From: Bacteroides sp.
GTDB lineage: Bacteria > Bacillota > Clostridia > Oscillospirales > Acutalibacteraceae
Reading direction: 5' to 3'
Assembly: GCA_023665085.1 (NCBI GenBank)
Contig: JAMPEQ010000006.1
Span: 79,495 to 143,494, forward strand
DNA: 64,000 nucleotides
In this document: piece after piece, positions 29,298 through 40,624 of the stretch
Layout of the letters: each line of letters opens with the position of its first letter
Numbering within the stretch: the stretch's first letter is position 1
Program-made: the position numbers and the translations under genes
Notes under the pieces: generated by a model
Seen by the model: the letters and a program-made list of their open reading frames with translations, nothing else
What the model was told of the DNA's origin: nothing
Databases searched by the model: none

Positions 29298-30389
29298 TTA
29301 GTCCATATAGCCTTCAGCTGCAAGAAGCTCAGCAAGAAGAACTGCACCGCCTGCTGCACCTCTTAATGTATTGTGTGAAAGGCAGACAAATTTGTAATCA
29401 TACTGTGTATCTTCTCTAAGTCTGCCGATTGAAACTGCCATGCCGTTTTCAATCATTCTTTCGCTCTTAATTTGAGGTCTGTCATCCTCAGTGAAGTAAT
29501 TTAAGAACTTTTTCGGAGCTGATGGTAAGTTAAGCTCCTGAGCTCTGCCAGAGAAATTATCCCAGATTTCAATCATTTCTTCTTTAGTTGGTTTCTGACC
29601 TTCCTCAAATTTAACGAATACTGCACCAAGATGTCCGTTTGAAACAGGAACTCTAATGCACTGTGCTGTAAAGTTAGGTTTGTCAGCTGATTTAATAACA
29701 CCGTCTTCAATAGTGCCGAGAAGCTTAAGAGGCTCTTTTTCACTCTTTTCTTCCTCGCCGCCGATGTATGGAATAACATTATCAATCATTTCAGGCCATG
29801 TTTCAAAAGTTTTTCCTGCACCTGAAATTGCCTGATATGTGCAAACTAAAACGTCCTTTACCTTGTATTTTTCGTTAACCGGGAAGATAGCAGGAACATA
29901 TGACTGAAGTGAGCAGTTTGATTTAACTGCAATGAATCCACGTTTTGTACCAAGTCTCTTTTTCTGATCAGCAATAATTTCAATATGGTGTGCATTAAGC
30001 TCGGGAACAACCATAGGAACATCATCTGTAAATCTGTGAGCACTGTTATTTGATACTACAGGGCACTCGTGCTTTGCGTATTCCTCTTCAAGTGCTTTGA
30101 TCTCATCTTTCTTCATATCAACAGCACAGAATACAAAATCAACCATTGATGTAATCTTCTCAATATCATTTGTTGCGTCCATAACAACGATATCTTTCAT
30201 TGTTTCAGGTATGGCAACATCCATACACCATTTTTTGCCGACTGCGTCTTCATATTTTTTTCCTGCACTTCTTGATGAAGCTGCAAGACAAACAACATTA
30301 AACCATGGATGTCCGTCAAGCAGAGTTGCAAATCTTTGGCCAACCATTCCTGTTGCGCCAACAATACCTACATTAAACTTTTTTTCCAT
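29298..30389 (-). CDS. asd: aspartate-semialdehyde dehydrogenase
   Basis: GATGMVGQ NAD(P)-binding motif and catalytic Cys. AAGGAGA ribosome-binding site before MEKKF; the track N-terminal 15 aa is probably an extension. Confidence 0.85.
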   Translation of the reverse strand: MEKKFNVGIVGATGMVGQRFATLLDGHPWFNVVCLAASSRSAGKKYEDAVGKKWCMDVAIPETMKDIVVMDATNDIEKITSMVDFVFCAVDMKKDEIKALEEEYAKHECPVVSNNSAHRFTDDVPMVVPELNAHHIEIIADQKKRLGTKRGFIAVKSNCSLQSYVPAIFPVNEKYKVKDVLVCTYQAISGAGKTFETWPEMIDNVIPYIGGEEEKSEKEPLKLLGTIEDGVIKSADKPNFTAQCIRVPVSNGHLGAVFVKFEEGQKPTKEEMIEIWDNFSGRAQELNLPSAPKKFLNYFTEDDRPQIKSERMIENGMAVSIGRLREDTQYDYKFVCLSHNTLRGAAGGAVLLAELLAAEGYMD

Positions 30390-30527
30390 AACAATTCTCC
30401 TTAAAAACATCTTGTAAAACAAGAAAATATGCAATATAATAATGAAGTATCAGGTTTTGCCTAATACTTGCTTAATATAATATCACTTATTATATATATA
30501 TGTCAATTATAATTTATGGAGAAAATG

Positions 30528-31553
30528 ATGAAAACTTCAGATTTTTACTATGATTTACCCGAAGAGCTTATTGCACAGACACCAATTGAGCCCAGAAATG
30601 CATCAAGACTGATGCTTCTTAACAAAAATAACGGAGATGTACGTCATAAAATTTTCAAGGATTTGATTGATTATCTTGATGAGGGTGACTGTCTTATTCT
30701 TAATAATACCCGAGTAATTCCTGCAAGAATTTACGGAGTAAAAAAAGAAACCGGTGCTGTTGTTGAATTTCTTCTTTTGAAGCAGCATGAGAATTTAAAA
30801 TGGGAATGCCTATGCGGTCCCGGAAAAAGAGCAAAAGTTGGTACTGAATTTGTATTCGGTGAAGGTCAGCTTGAATGTAAAGTTCTTGATATTCTTGAAG
30901 ATGGTAATAGAATCATTGAATTTAAATGTGATAATAATATTTTTGCTGTTCTTGATGAAATAGGTCAGATGCCTTTGCCACCATACATTAAAGAAAAGCT
31001 TGATAATAGAGAACGTTATCAGACAGTATACAGTAAGCATTTAGGCTCAGCGGCAGCACCAACTGCCGGACTTCATTTCACTCCTGAAATGCTTGATGAA
31101 ATTAAGGCTAAAGGCATTAATATCGGTTATGTAACTCTTCATGTAGGACTTGGCACATTCAGACCTGTTAAGGTTGATGATGTTACAAAGCATAATATGC
31201 ATACAGAGCATTACATCATGCCGCAGGAAACAGCTGATTTAATAAATGATACTCATATCAGAGGAAAACGGGTTATATGTGTTGGAACTACAAGCTGCAG
31301 AACTGTAGAGTCAGTTGCCGCAAAAAATGGCAGAATTTGTGCAGATGAAGATGATACAAGTATTTTTATCTATCCGGGATACCAATTTAAATGCATGGAT
31401 GCACTTGTAACTAATTTTCATTTGCCCGAAAGCACACTTATTATGCTGATTTCTGCTTTTGCCGGATTTGATAATGTTATGAATGCATATAAAATTGCTG
31501 TTAATGAAAAATATAGATTTTTCTCCTTCGGAGACGCGATGTTTATTTCTTAA
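30528..31553 (+). CDS. queA: S-adenosylmethionine:tRNA ribosyltransferase-isomerase
   Basis: [31 protein letters not shown] is a canonical QueA N-terminus. GGAGA ribosome-binding site 5 nt before this ATG. Confidence 0.85.
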   Translation: MKTSDFYYDLPEELIAQTPIEPRNASRLMLLNKNNGDVRHKIFKDLIDYLDEGDCLILNNTRVIPARIYGVKKETGAVVEFLLLKQHENLKWECLCGPGKRAKVGTEFVFGEGQLECKVLDILEDGNRIIEFKCDNNIFAVLDEIGQMPLPPYIKEKLDNRERYQTVYSKHLGSAAAPTAGLHFTPEMLDEIKAKGINIGYVTLHVGLGTFRPVKVDDVTKHNMHTEHYIMPQETADLINDTHIRGKRVICVGTTSCRTVESVAAKNGRICADEDDTSIFIYPGYQFKCMDALVTNFHLPESTLIMLISAFAGFDNVMNAYKIAVNEKYRFFSFGDAMFIS

Positions 31554-31574
31554 TTTTTTTGGAGTTTTTTATAT

Positions 31575-32411
31575 ATGATTTTTCAAAAAATTGATGAAAT
31601 TGAATATAAAATAAAAGAACCTTTCAATTTCGATTTTATACATAAATATGGTCATGTATTCAGAGTATATGACGATCAGGATTCCGGTAATATTTGTTTT
31701 GGTACTGAAAAGAATGGCAAGAGATATTTTGTGAAATTTGCAGGGGCACCTACGGCAGAGTATAAGGGAAGTTCTGAAAATGCAGTGAAAAGGTTAATTG
31801 ATACATTATCAATATATGAAGACCTTAATCATAAATCATTAATTAAATTTCTATCAGCAGAAAAAATTAATGGTGGTTTTGCAATGATTTTTGAATGGTC
31901 AGATGGAAAATGCATGGGAAGAATGTATGATGAAGACCATAAATCAATCATGTCACTGCCGGTTAATTATAAACTTGATATATTTGATGAAATTATAGAT
32001 TTTATTGAATATATCGTTAGTAAAAATTATGTAGCTGTGGATTTTTATGACGGTAGTATAATGTATGATGAAGAAAGCCATAAGACTACCATTTGTGATA
32101 TTGATTTTTTCAAAAAACAGCCGGTAGTTAATGATATGGGAAGAATGTGGGGAAGTGAAAGATTTATTTCGCCTGAAGAGTGTAAACTTGGCCAGGTAAT
32201 TGATGAAATAACAAATGTTTTCACACTTGGTAAAATGGCTTTCTCACTTATTACAGACAGTGATTACTCTTTTGACAGTTATCCATTAAATAAAAAATCT
32301 TATGATGTTTTAGTAAAAGCCACAGAAAGTGATAGAAATAAAAGATATCAAAGTATTGCAGAATTTAAAAATGCATGGTGTGAAGCTATAACGGAAAGTA
32401 TGACAAAATAA
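31575..32411 (+). CDS. atypical protein-kinase-like (APH/ePK-fold) protein, possibly a pseudokinase
   Basis: Kinase-like order of motifs: beta3-like VKFAG, an alphaC Glu, a VDFYDGSIMYD segment in place of HRDxxxxN, DIDFF (DFG-like) and ISPEE (APE-like). It sits between queA and tgt. Confidence 0.4.
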   Translation: MIFQKIDEIEYKIKEPFNFDFIHKYGHVFRVYDDQDSGNICFGTEKNGKRYFVKFAGAPTAEYKGSSENAVKRLIDTLSIYEDLNHKSLIKFLSAEKINGGFAMIFEWSDGKCMGRMYDEDHKSIMSLPVNYKLDIFDEIIDFIEYIVSKNYVAVDFYDGSIMYDEESHKTTICDIDFFKKQPVVNDMGRMWGSERFISPEECKLGQVIDEITNVFTLGKMAFSLITDSDYSFDSYPLNKKSYDVLVKATESDRNKRYQSIAEFKNAWCEAITESMTK

Positions 32412-32593
32412 TAAGAAGAGCTGAACTTAAACTATTCCGAGGCTTACTGACGCTGTGGCAATTTTCAATGCTTTTTTTAGTTGGTATTAGGCTATAAGCC
32501 TTTTAGCTAATAACGAAAGAACGCCCTACAGAAGTAATTTTTGAATAACTAGAAATAAAATAGCACTTCAATATTATCTTGACGAGGTTAAAA

Positions 32594-33346
32594 ATGACTA
32601 AAAATAATATGATGAATATTGTATATAATCAATTGGCTGTTGATTATAATTGTCAGGCAGACGATTTTCTGCATGATGATATTATATTTACTGCTGCTGA
32701 AAAACTTCATGGAAGAAGAGTAATGCCATTTATTGAGCCAAGACTTGAAGTTGTAACGTTTGGCAGAGGAGCTGTAATTAATGTATCACATAGTATTATG
32801 AGCTATGTGAAAAAGCAATTATCCGGCAAATCACGTATTGATATACTTAACAGTTCTTTGTTAAAATGTACAAATCCATATTATCTTCCAGATTTAGATA
32901 ATATAAGTGTTATAGAAAACGATTTTTATAATTTTAAGCTTATAGATAAATATGAAATTAAAAAATACTACAGCTATTCTGATTTACACAACGCACTACA
33001 ATATAATAAAAACAGTGAAAGACCTGAAACAATTGGTGCTGTTGCGATAAAAGACGGAAAGCTGGCAGGTATTGCCTGTGCAAGTGCTGATAGCAAAACT
33101 ATGTGGCAGATAGGTGTGGATGTATTGCCTGAATTCCGAGGTAATAATATTGCAGTAAAGCTTGTTAATATGCTTACGATTACATGTCTTGAAAGAAATA
33201 TTATTCCATACTATACGACGGATATCAGCAATATTAATTCGCAGAAGGTTGCATTAAAAAGCGGATACATGCCTGCATGGTCACATTGCTTTAAAACAAG
33301 AGTAAATGGTAATTTATTAAAACAATACATTTTATCAATGATTTGA
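32594..33346 (+). CDS. GNAT-family N-acetyltransferase with an N-terminal extension of about 140 aa
   Basis: C-terminal GNAT motif A (VLPEFRGNNIAVKLV) and motif B (NSQKVALKSGY). GAGGT ribosome-binding site precedes ATG 32594; the track start is TTG. Confidence 0.5.
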   Translation: MTKNNMMNIVYNQLAVDYNCQADDFLHDDIIFTAAEKLHGRRVMPFIEPRLEVVTFGRGAVINVSHSIMSYVKKQLSGKSRIDILNSSLLKCTNPYYLPDLDNISVIENDFYNFKLIDKYEIKKYYSYSDLHNALQYNKNSERPETIGAVAIKDGKLAGIACASADSKTMWQIGVDVLPEFRGNNIAVKLVNMLTITCLERNIIPYYTTDISNINSQKVALKSGYMPAWSHCFKTRVNGNLLKQYILSMI

Positions 33347-33369
33347 TAGAATTAAAATACAAGAGGTAA

Positions 33370-34509
<1,140 letters not shown>

Positions 34510-34575
34510 AAAACACTTGCAAATGTATCATTATTCTAATATAATAAGATTATTCTGTTTAGGAGGAATTTGTTT

Positions 34576-35025
34576 ATGAATTCAATTTTAATGATGGCAA
34601 CAAGTGCAGCCGGTGAAGGCGGAGGATTTGGTGCTAATGGTACAACATCTTATATCATTCTTATGGTTGTTCTTCTTGTTGTAATGTATTTCTTTATGAT
34701 AAGACCTCAAAAGAAGCGCCAAAAGGAAGAGCAGGAAATGAGATCTTCTCTTGAGATTGGCGATGAGATTGTAACAATAGGCGGTATCGTTGGTAAAGTT
34801 GTTACTATCCGTGAAAATGATCTTATCATTGAAACCGGTTCTGATAGAAACAAGATGAGAATTGAGCGCTGGGCTGTAAATACAAATAAAACTAAAGCTG
34901 AGCAGCATCAGAAAGAAGTTGAGGCTGCAAGAGAAGCAGCTAAGTCTAAAAAAGATAAGAAATCAAAGAAAGACACAGTTAATGAAACTAAAAAAGAAGT
35001 AGTTGACGAAACTAAAAAAGACTAA
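34576..35025 (+). CDS. yajC: preprotein translocase subunit YajC with a Lys/Glu-rich C-terminal tail
   Basis: Single TM followed by RPQKKRQKE...GDEIVT.GGI.G (YajC signature). AGGAGG ribosome-binding site precedes ATG 34576. queA-tgt-yajC order is conserved. Confidence 0.75.
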   Translation: MNSILMMATSAAGEGGGFGANGTTSYIILMVVLLVVMYFFMIRPQKKRQKEEQEMRSSLEIGDEIVTIGGIVGKVVTIRENDLIIETGSDRNKMRIERWAVNTNKTKAEQHQKEVEAAREAAKSKKDKKSKKDTVNETKKEVVDETKKD

Positions 35026-35042
35026 CATATGTTATAATTTTT

Positions 35043-35080
35043 ATCCCCCTTGAATAATATTTATTCGAGGGGGATTTTTT
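35043..35080 (+). terminator. rho-independent terminator after yajC
   Basis: ATCCCCCT ... AGGGGGAT stem followed by a T-run. Confidence 0.7.
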
Positions 35081-35470
35081 ATGCCTAAAATATCTGCAAC
35101 TAATAACAAATCATTATTTTTAAAGTTTACCTTAAAAAGCATTCTGATTTCATATTTATTTGTCGCATTGCTATCAGTAATAGCTTCGTATGTCATACTT
35201 AAGCTGGATCTTGATCTTAGCTGTCTGAATTATACTTCTATTGCTGTTTGTGTTGTTTCTGCTTTTGCAACGCCGTTGTTTACCAATAGTGATTTTAAAA
35301 ATAATTTTTTACTGTTGTCAATTTTATCAATACTTCCACTGATATTGTTTTCTATTATTAATAGCATCATAAACAGAAATTCCTTTATTTTTACTTTAAT
35401 TAAAGTTGCATTAGAAATAGCTATGGCTGTTTTCTCAGCAATAATAAAAACTATTAGAAAGCGTAGATAA
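35081..35470 (+). CDS. hypothetical small polytopic membrane protein
   Basis: Hydrophobic segments only. Start is tightly coupled to the next gene. Confidence 0.35.
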   Translation: MPKISATNNKSLFLKFTLKSILISYLFVALLSVIASYVILKLDLDLSCLNYTSIAVCVVSAFATPLFTNSDFKNNFLLLSILSILPLILFSIINSIINRNSFIFTLIKVALEIAMAVFSAIIKTIRKRR

Positions 35471-35471
35471 A

Positions 35472-36092
35472 ATGGAAGAATTGGAAAAGGTAAATTTTGA
35501 AATTGTAAATAAAAAAGAATTTGACATAAAGGCTTTTTTTCTGGACAATAAAGAAACAATATATTCATTGCTGTTTTATTTGTTTGGATTAATACTAGGA
35601 TCATACTTTTATTCAATTGCTAAATCTGAAACAATAAATACAGTATTAACTGAGACTACAGAAAATTTTACGGCTGCATTTATAGCGAATTTAACTTTGT
35701 ATCTTTCTGTGTTTTTAATTATTGTTTTAATGGGATTTTCTTTAATAGGTTTTTCTGTTGTTAATGCAATTCCTGTTCTGCTTGGAATGTTCTATGGAAT
35801 GAAATGTGCCTGTTACTATTCCTTGCACAGCGGAAAAGGTGTAGGATATATAATGCTTTTGATAGCTCCCACAGCGTCATTATTTTTATCTCTAGTCATA
35901 TATTCAATAGGTTATAATTCATCATTGTCAAAAATGATCTTTAGTTCTGTTAAAAATGAAAAAAACAGAGGAATTTCCTTTGAAGTGAAACCTCTGTTTT
36001 TACAAATAATTATACAATTAGTATTGTTTTTATCATTAGCAGTAATAAATTCAGGATTGTCAGTTGCACTTGGTAATTTGATTACCATTTAG
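35472..36092 (+). CDS. SpoIIM-like (DUF95) membrane protein, tentative
   Basis: About 206 aa with 5-6 TM segments and a Gly-rich helix pattern (GFSLIGFSVVNAIPVLLGMFYG) reminiscent of stage II sporulation protein M. It sits next to xerD, as fur, spoIIM and ripX do in Bacillus. Confidence 0.35.
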   Translation: MEELEKVNFEIVNKKEFDIKAFFLDNKETIYSLLFYLFGLILGSYFYSIAKSETINTVLTETTENFTAAFIANLTLYLSVFLIIVLMGFSLIGFSVVNAIPVLLGMFYGMKCACYYSLHSGKGVGYIMLLIAPTASLFLSLVIYSIGYNSSLSKMIFSSVKNEKNRGISFEVKPLFLQIIIQLVLFLSLAVINSGLSVALGNLITI

Positions 36093-37056
36093 GCTTGTTA
36101 TCCGCTAAAGGATTAGAATCCATGGCTTTTCTTGCTGCTTCATCTGCAGTATGTGTATATATTTCGGTAGTACCTAGATTTTCGTGACCTAAAATTTCTT
36201 TCAGCAGCAGTAAATCTACATGACCATGCTGATACATCAGTGTTGCTGCTGTGTGACGAAGTTTATGTACTGATAATCCTCGGTCAGCAAACCCTGCTTT
36301 TGCAAGGTAGTCGTACACAAGATGCTGAACTGTTTTATTGCTTATACGCTGATTTCTTGAGCTTAAGAATAATGCTTTGTCTTTTACTTTATCATTTGGT
36401 CTGACTTTCATATAGGCAATTATAGCATCAATACAGGCTTGATTAAGGTAAATTGTTCGCTGTTTGTTTCCTTTGCCGGTAATAACTAATGATCCGTCTG
36501 CCTTTATGTCGTTGTAGTCTATTGATACAAGCTCACTTAAACGCATTCCGCAGTTGAGAAATAATGTTATTATAGCATAGTCACGCTCTTTAAACTTGCC
36601 ATCAATTACATTTAACAGCATATTAGCCTCTTCAAGTGTTAAGTATTTCGGAAGTGCCTTTTTTGTTCTTGGCGCTTCAAGAGCTTTCATTGGATTATTT
36701 TCCAATACTCCAAGATTATCAGTTAAATATGAATAAAAACGCCGTATAGCAACAACTCTTCTGGCTCTGGTGGTTTCATTATTATTGCGTTCAGTTTTAC
36801 AGTAAATTATAAATTGATATGCATCATTTAAATTTACATTCTGTATAAATTCTAAATCGATAGGGGATAAGTCAATTTCTTTTTCATCTGTATCCACCGA
36901 ACATAAACCTTTGTATTTAGCTAAATATCTGAAAAATGTTCTTAAATCAGATGCATATTCAAGAACAGATAACTGACTGTGATTTTTTATTGCTTCTATG
37001 TAAACTAAGTATTGCTGTACAAGTTTTGGAAGCTGTGATATTTCATCCTTACGCAT
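36082..37056 (-). CDS. xerD: tyrosine recombinase XerD/XerC family
   Basis: Catalytic R...HxxR...Y set (HKLRHTAAT, LGHENLGTTEIYTH). Likely start is MRKDEIS, with an AAGGA ribosome-binding site. Confidence 0.7.
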   Translation of the reverse strand: MRKDEISQLPKLVQQYLVYIEAIKNHSQLSVLEYASDLRTFFRYLAKYKGLCSVDTDEKEIDLSPIDLEFIQNVNLNDAYQFIIYCKTERNNNETTRARRVVAIRRFYSYLTDNLGVLENNPMKALEAPRTKKALPKYLTLEEANMLLNVIDGKFKERDYAIITLFLNCGMRLSELVSIDYNDIKADGSLVITGKGNKQRTIYLNQACIDAIIAYMKVRPNDKVKDKALFLSSRNQRISNKTVQHLVYDYLAKAGFADRGLSVHKLRHTAATLMYQHGHVDLLLLKEILGHENLGTTEIYTHTADEAARKAMDSNPLADNKPKW

Positions 37057-37361
37057 ATTTTTTCCTTTCATTTATTTATAAATGGTGACTAATATAATTT
37101 CTATAAATGAAATAACGACATATTTTGTTATTATTAAATATATAAATTATAAAATAAACATAACTCTTGGAATTATAGATGAATATCCAGTAGTTCTGTT
37201 TATTTTATCATATATTATGATAAAATTATATAAAAATTTCTTTTTTACCTCCCTATATTATACAAAATATTTATTTTGTATAATTATATCACAAAAACAG
37301 CGTATTTTCAAGGGTTTCAGCCCTATTTTTTATGGGCAAAAAATTTTTGTAACCTTATTTA

Positions 37362-37415
37362 TCAAAAAAAAGAAAGACCGCAAACTTACCTCTTTTTGAG
37401 TGCGCAGTCTTTCTT
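37362..37415 (-). terminator. terminator downstream of radA (minus strand)
   Basis: Imperfect stem AGAAAGACCGC ... GCGCAGTCTTTCT with a + strand A-run upstream, which is the minus-strand T-run. Confidence 0.45.
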
Positions 37416-37428
37416 TATGTATAAAATA

Positions 37429-38796
37429 TCAATTCATTAATGCATTTACGGCTTCGCGTATTGTTCTTACGGGAATTATTTCAACGTTTATTTTTAAATC
37501 CTTAGACAATCCTTTATAGTTATGAAAAGGAACAATGCATTTTTCAAATCCGAGTCGGAATGCTTCAGAAACTCTTTGCTCACAATGACTTACTGCTCTG
37601 ATTTCCCCTGCAAGTCCTACTTCGCCGAAAGCAAGAATTTTATCACCAACAGCTTTATCTTTGAGCGATGATATTAGCGAGAGTGCTACAGTTAAATCTG
37701 CAGCCGGCTCATCAAGCCTAAGACCGCCGACAACATTTATATAAGCATCCATATTATTAAAAAAATAACCTGACCTTTTTTCAAGAACTGCCAAAAGCAT
37801 ATTCATTCTATTATAGTCAAATCCCGTACTCATTCTTCTTGGTGTTCCAAAGCCTGTTGCACAAACAAGTCCCTGTACTTCAGCCAGAATAGGCCTGCTG
37901 CCTTCCATAATGCATGCAACGCAAGTCCCGGAAGTATTTTTAGGTCTGCCTGAAATCATCATTAATGACGGATTAACAACCTCCTTTAATCCCTCTGAAG
38001 TCATTTCAAAAACACCTATTTCATTTGTTGAACCAAATCTGTTTTTTGCTCCTCTAAGAATTCTGTAGGAGTAATTTTTTTCACCTTCAAAATATAAAAC
38101 AGTGTCAACAATATGCTCAAGAACCTTTGGACCGGCTATTCCTCCGTCCTTATTTACATGTCCTACAATAATAATCGGAATTCCAAAGCCCTTAGCAGTG
38201 TGCATAAAAATATTTGTGCATTCTCTTACTTGTGTAACCGATCCTGCTGATGAAGCTATTTCATCATATACCATTGTTTGAATTGAATCGATTATTACTA
38301 TATCAGGCTTTTCGGATTTGATTATTTCGATTATTGCAGTTACATCAGTCTGAGGTAATATGTACAGATTATCAGTAGTTACACAAAGTCTGTTAGCCCT
38401 CATTTTTATTTGATTTGCTGACTCTTCACCGCTGACATAAAGAATTTTGTTGTTCTTGCCAAGGTTTTCACAAATCTGCAAAAGTATTGTAGACTTACCA
38501 ATTCCCGGATCACCACTTATAAGTGTTAAACTTCCCTGAACAATTCCTCCGCCAAGAACTCTGTTGAATTCCTTTATTCCGGTATTAATTCTATTTTCAG
38601 TATCTTCGGTAATTTCATTAAGCGCCATTATCTTATTTATGGTCGAAAGACCTGTTTTTGTTGCTGAAGATTTAGAGTTTGACTGAATTTCTTCACTCAT
38701 TGTATTCCATTGGTTACATCCCGGGCACTTACCAAACCATTTTGGCGATTCATAACCGCATTCACTGCAAATATAGGTAGATTTTATTTTAGCCAT
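37429..38796 (-). CDS. radA: DNA repair protein RadA/Sms
   Basis: N-terminal C4 zinc finger (CSECGY...CPGC), RecA-like Walker A (GDPGIGKST), KNRFG motif and a Lon-like C-terminal domain. Confidence 0.9.
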   Translation of the reverse strand: MAKIKSTYICSECGYESPKWFGKCPGCNQWNTMSEEIQSNSKSSATKTGLSTINKIMALNEITEDTENRINTGIKEFNRVLGGGIVQGSLTLISGDPGIGKSTILLQICENLGKNNKILYVSGEESANQIKMRANRLCVTTDNLYILPQTDVTAIIEIIKSEKPDIVIIDSIQTMVYDEIASSAGSVTQVRECTNIFMHTAKGFGIPIIIVGHVNKDGGIAGPKVLEHIVDTVLYFEGEKNYSYRILRGAKNRFGSTNEIGVFEMTSEGLKEVVNPSLMMISGRPKNTSGTCVACIMEGSRPILAEVQGLVCATGFGTPRRMSTGFDYNRMNMLLAVLEKRSGYFFNNMDAYINVVGGLRLDEPAADLTVALSLISSLKDKAVGDKILAFGEVGLAGEIRAVSHCEQRVSEAFRLGFEKCIVPFHNYKGLSKDLKINVEIIPVRTIREAVNALMN

Positions 38797-39496
38797 TTTT
38801 TATTTCTCCTGTGTTATTATAATCATTATAACCCATAAATATAGAATAAGCTATATTTTTTTGATATTCTTCTTTTTGTAGATTACTGTTTTCAACAGCA
38901 TTACTCATAAATCCGCATTCAACCATTACAGATGGAACTTTTGCTTTATGCAGTAAATAGTAACTGCTGTCACTTTTTTTGTTTTCTCTTTTATTATCTG
39001 ATTGTATGTGATTTTTTGTAAATTTTAATATACTGTCAGCCAAATTTTTGCTGATATCGTCATTTGGTGAATACCAAACCTGCATTCCCCATTCCTTTTC
39101 GTTTTCAAAATGATTTTGATGAATAGATATTAATGTTGAGTCTTGAAAGCTGTTTACATAATCAAATCTGTTATAAAGATCAGATCGGCTGCGATCATCA
39201 TTATCACTATATACAAGGTAATCTCCGCTTCGTGTAAGCTGAGTATTATATCCGCAAATCTTAGCGAAATCATATAAATCCAAAGCAATTGCAAGATTAA
39301 TTTCCTTTTCAAGTGCTCCGTCTATTCCGACAGTTCCGCAATCTCTTCCACCGTGTCCTGCATCAATTACCAGTGTATGCTGGTTTGTTAATGAATCATT
39401 ATTTGCAGTTACGCTTTTATTATACAGTAATGAAAAAGCAGAACAAGTGCATACTGTTAATATCATAGTTAAAGTAATTATTAAACTTTTATTCAT
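38789..39496 (-). CDS. cwlD: N-acetylmuramoyl-L-alanine amidase CwlD-like (Amidase_3, sporulation/germination)
   Basis: Signal peptide, then IDAGHGGRDCG (Amidase_3 Zn site) and further His/Glu ligands. At 235 aa it is the size of B. subtilis CwlD (237 aa). It overlaps the radA start by 8 nt. Confidence 0.65.
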   Translation of the reverse strand: MNKSLIITLTMILTVCTCSAFSLLYNKSVTANNDSLTNQHTLVIDAGHGGRDCGTVGIDGALEKEINLAIALDLYDFAKICGYNTQLTRSGDYLVYSDNDDRSRSDLYNRFDYVNSFQDSTLISIHQNHFENEKEWGMQVWYSPNDDISKNLADSILKFTKNHIQSDNKRENKKSDSSYYLLHKAKVPSVMVECGFMSNAVENSNLQKEEYQKNIAYSIFMGYNDYNNTGEIKNG

Positions 39497-39620
39497 AATA
39501 TCACCTAATAATTACTATGAGTGAATTATAACTTAATATGACGATAAGAGCAAGGTAATATTGATTTTTTGATTAATCAGAGATATAATTAGTACAGTAA
39601 TTTAAATTGGATGTGATTTA

Positions 39621-40580
39621 ATGAAAATAGTTAATTTAGATGGATTTACAACTAACCCGGGTGATTTAAGCTGGGATGCAATAAAAAAGCTTGGAGACTA
39701 TACAGTTTATGACAGAACTCCTGCAGATAAGATTGTCGAAAGAGCCAAGGGAGCCGAGATTCTTATAGTAAATAAAACCATTATCGATAAAAGTACACTT
39801 GATGCTCTTTCTCCTGAATTGAAATTTATTGCACTGCAGTCAACAGGTTATAATGTAGTTGACTGCGGATACGCAAGAAGTCTTGGAATATCTGTAAGCA
39901 ATATTCCCTCTTACAGCACTGATGCGGTAGCTCAGTTGGTATTTTCTCTCATATTGCAGATTACAAACAAGGTTACGCTTCACTCTGATGCAGTAAGAAA
40001 TGGTGAATGGTGCAACTGTCCTGATTTTTGCTTTTGGAAATCCCCTTTAACAGAGCTTTCAGGAAAAAATATTGGAATAATCGGATTTGGCGCTATAGGA
40101 AAAAAAGTGGCGGAAATAGCCGAAGCCTTTGGCATGAATGTGCTTGTTTATTCACCAAGACCAAAGAGTACTGAGATGTTTAAAACTGCAAAATTTGTAA
40201 GTCTTAATGAAATGCTTTCAAATAGTGATATTATTACATGTCATTGTCCGCTGACAGATGAAACAACAGATTTAATAAATAAAGAAACTATTTCAAAAAT
40301 GAAAAAGTCAGCAATATTTATTAATACATCAAGAGGTCCTGTTGTGGATGAGGATGCACTTGCCGATGCCCTTAACAATGAAGAAATAGCAGGTGCAGGA
40401 CTTGATGTGCTTAGAGTTGAGCCGGCAAGAAGTGATAATCCCCTGATCTCAGCAAAGAATTGCTATATAACTCCTCATATTGCATGGGCAGCACAGGAAA
40501 CAAGAGAAAGACTGTTAAATATTCTTGAAGAGAATTTAAAAGCTTATATTAATGATTCACCTCAAAATGTTGTGAATTAA
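39621..40580 (+). CDS. D-isomer-specific 2-hydroxyacid dehydrogenase (glycerate dehydrogenase/hydroxypyruvate reductase-like)
   Basis: NAD-binding GIIGFGAIGKKVA and a catalytic R...E...H triad region. Confidence 0.75.
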   Translation: MKIVNLDGFTTNPGDLSWDAIKKLGDYTVYDRTPADKIVERAKGAEILIVNKTIIDKSTLDALSPELKFIALQSTGYNVVDCGYARSLGISVSNIPSYSTDAVAQLVFSLILQITNKVTLHSDAVRNGEWCNCPDFCFWKSPLTELSGKNIGIIGFGAIGKKVAEIAEAFGMNVLVYSPRPKSTEMFKTAKFVSLNEMLSNSDIITCHCPLTDETTDLINKETISKMKKSAIFINTSRGPVVDEDALADALNNEEIAGAGLDVLRVEPARSDNPLISAKNCYITPHIAWAAQETRERLLNILEENLKAYINDSPQNVVN

Positions 40581-40624
40581 TGTATTTTAAAAATAAAAAA
40601 TGTAATTAATATTTAATTTTACTA

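Noticed and set aside
37082-37399. 105-aa ORF in the xerD-radA gap
   Set aside because: It is an Ile/Tyr/Lys-rich low-complexity translation of an extremely AT-rich spacer. There is no ribosome-binding site and no motif, so it is most likely non-coding.
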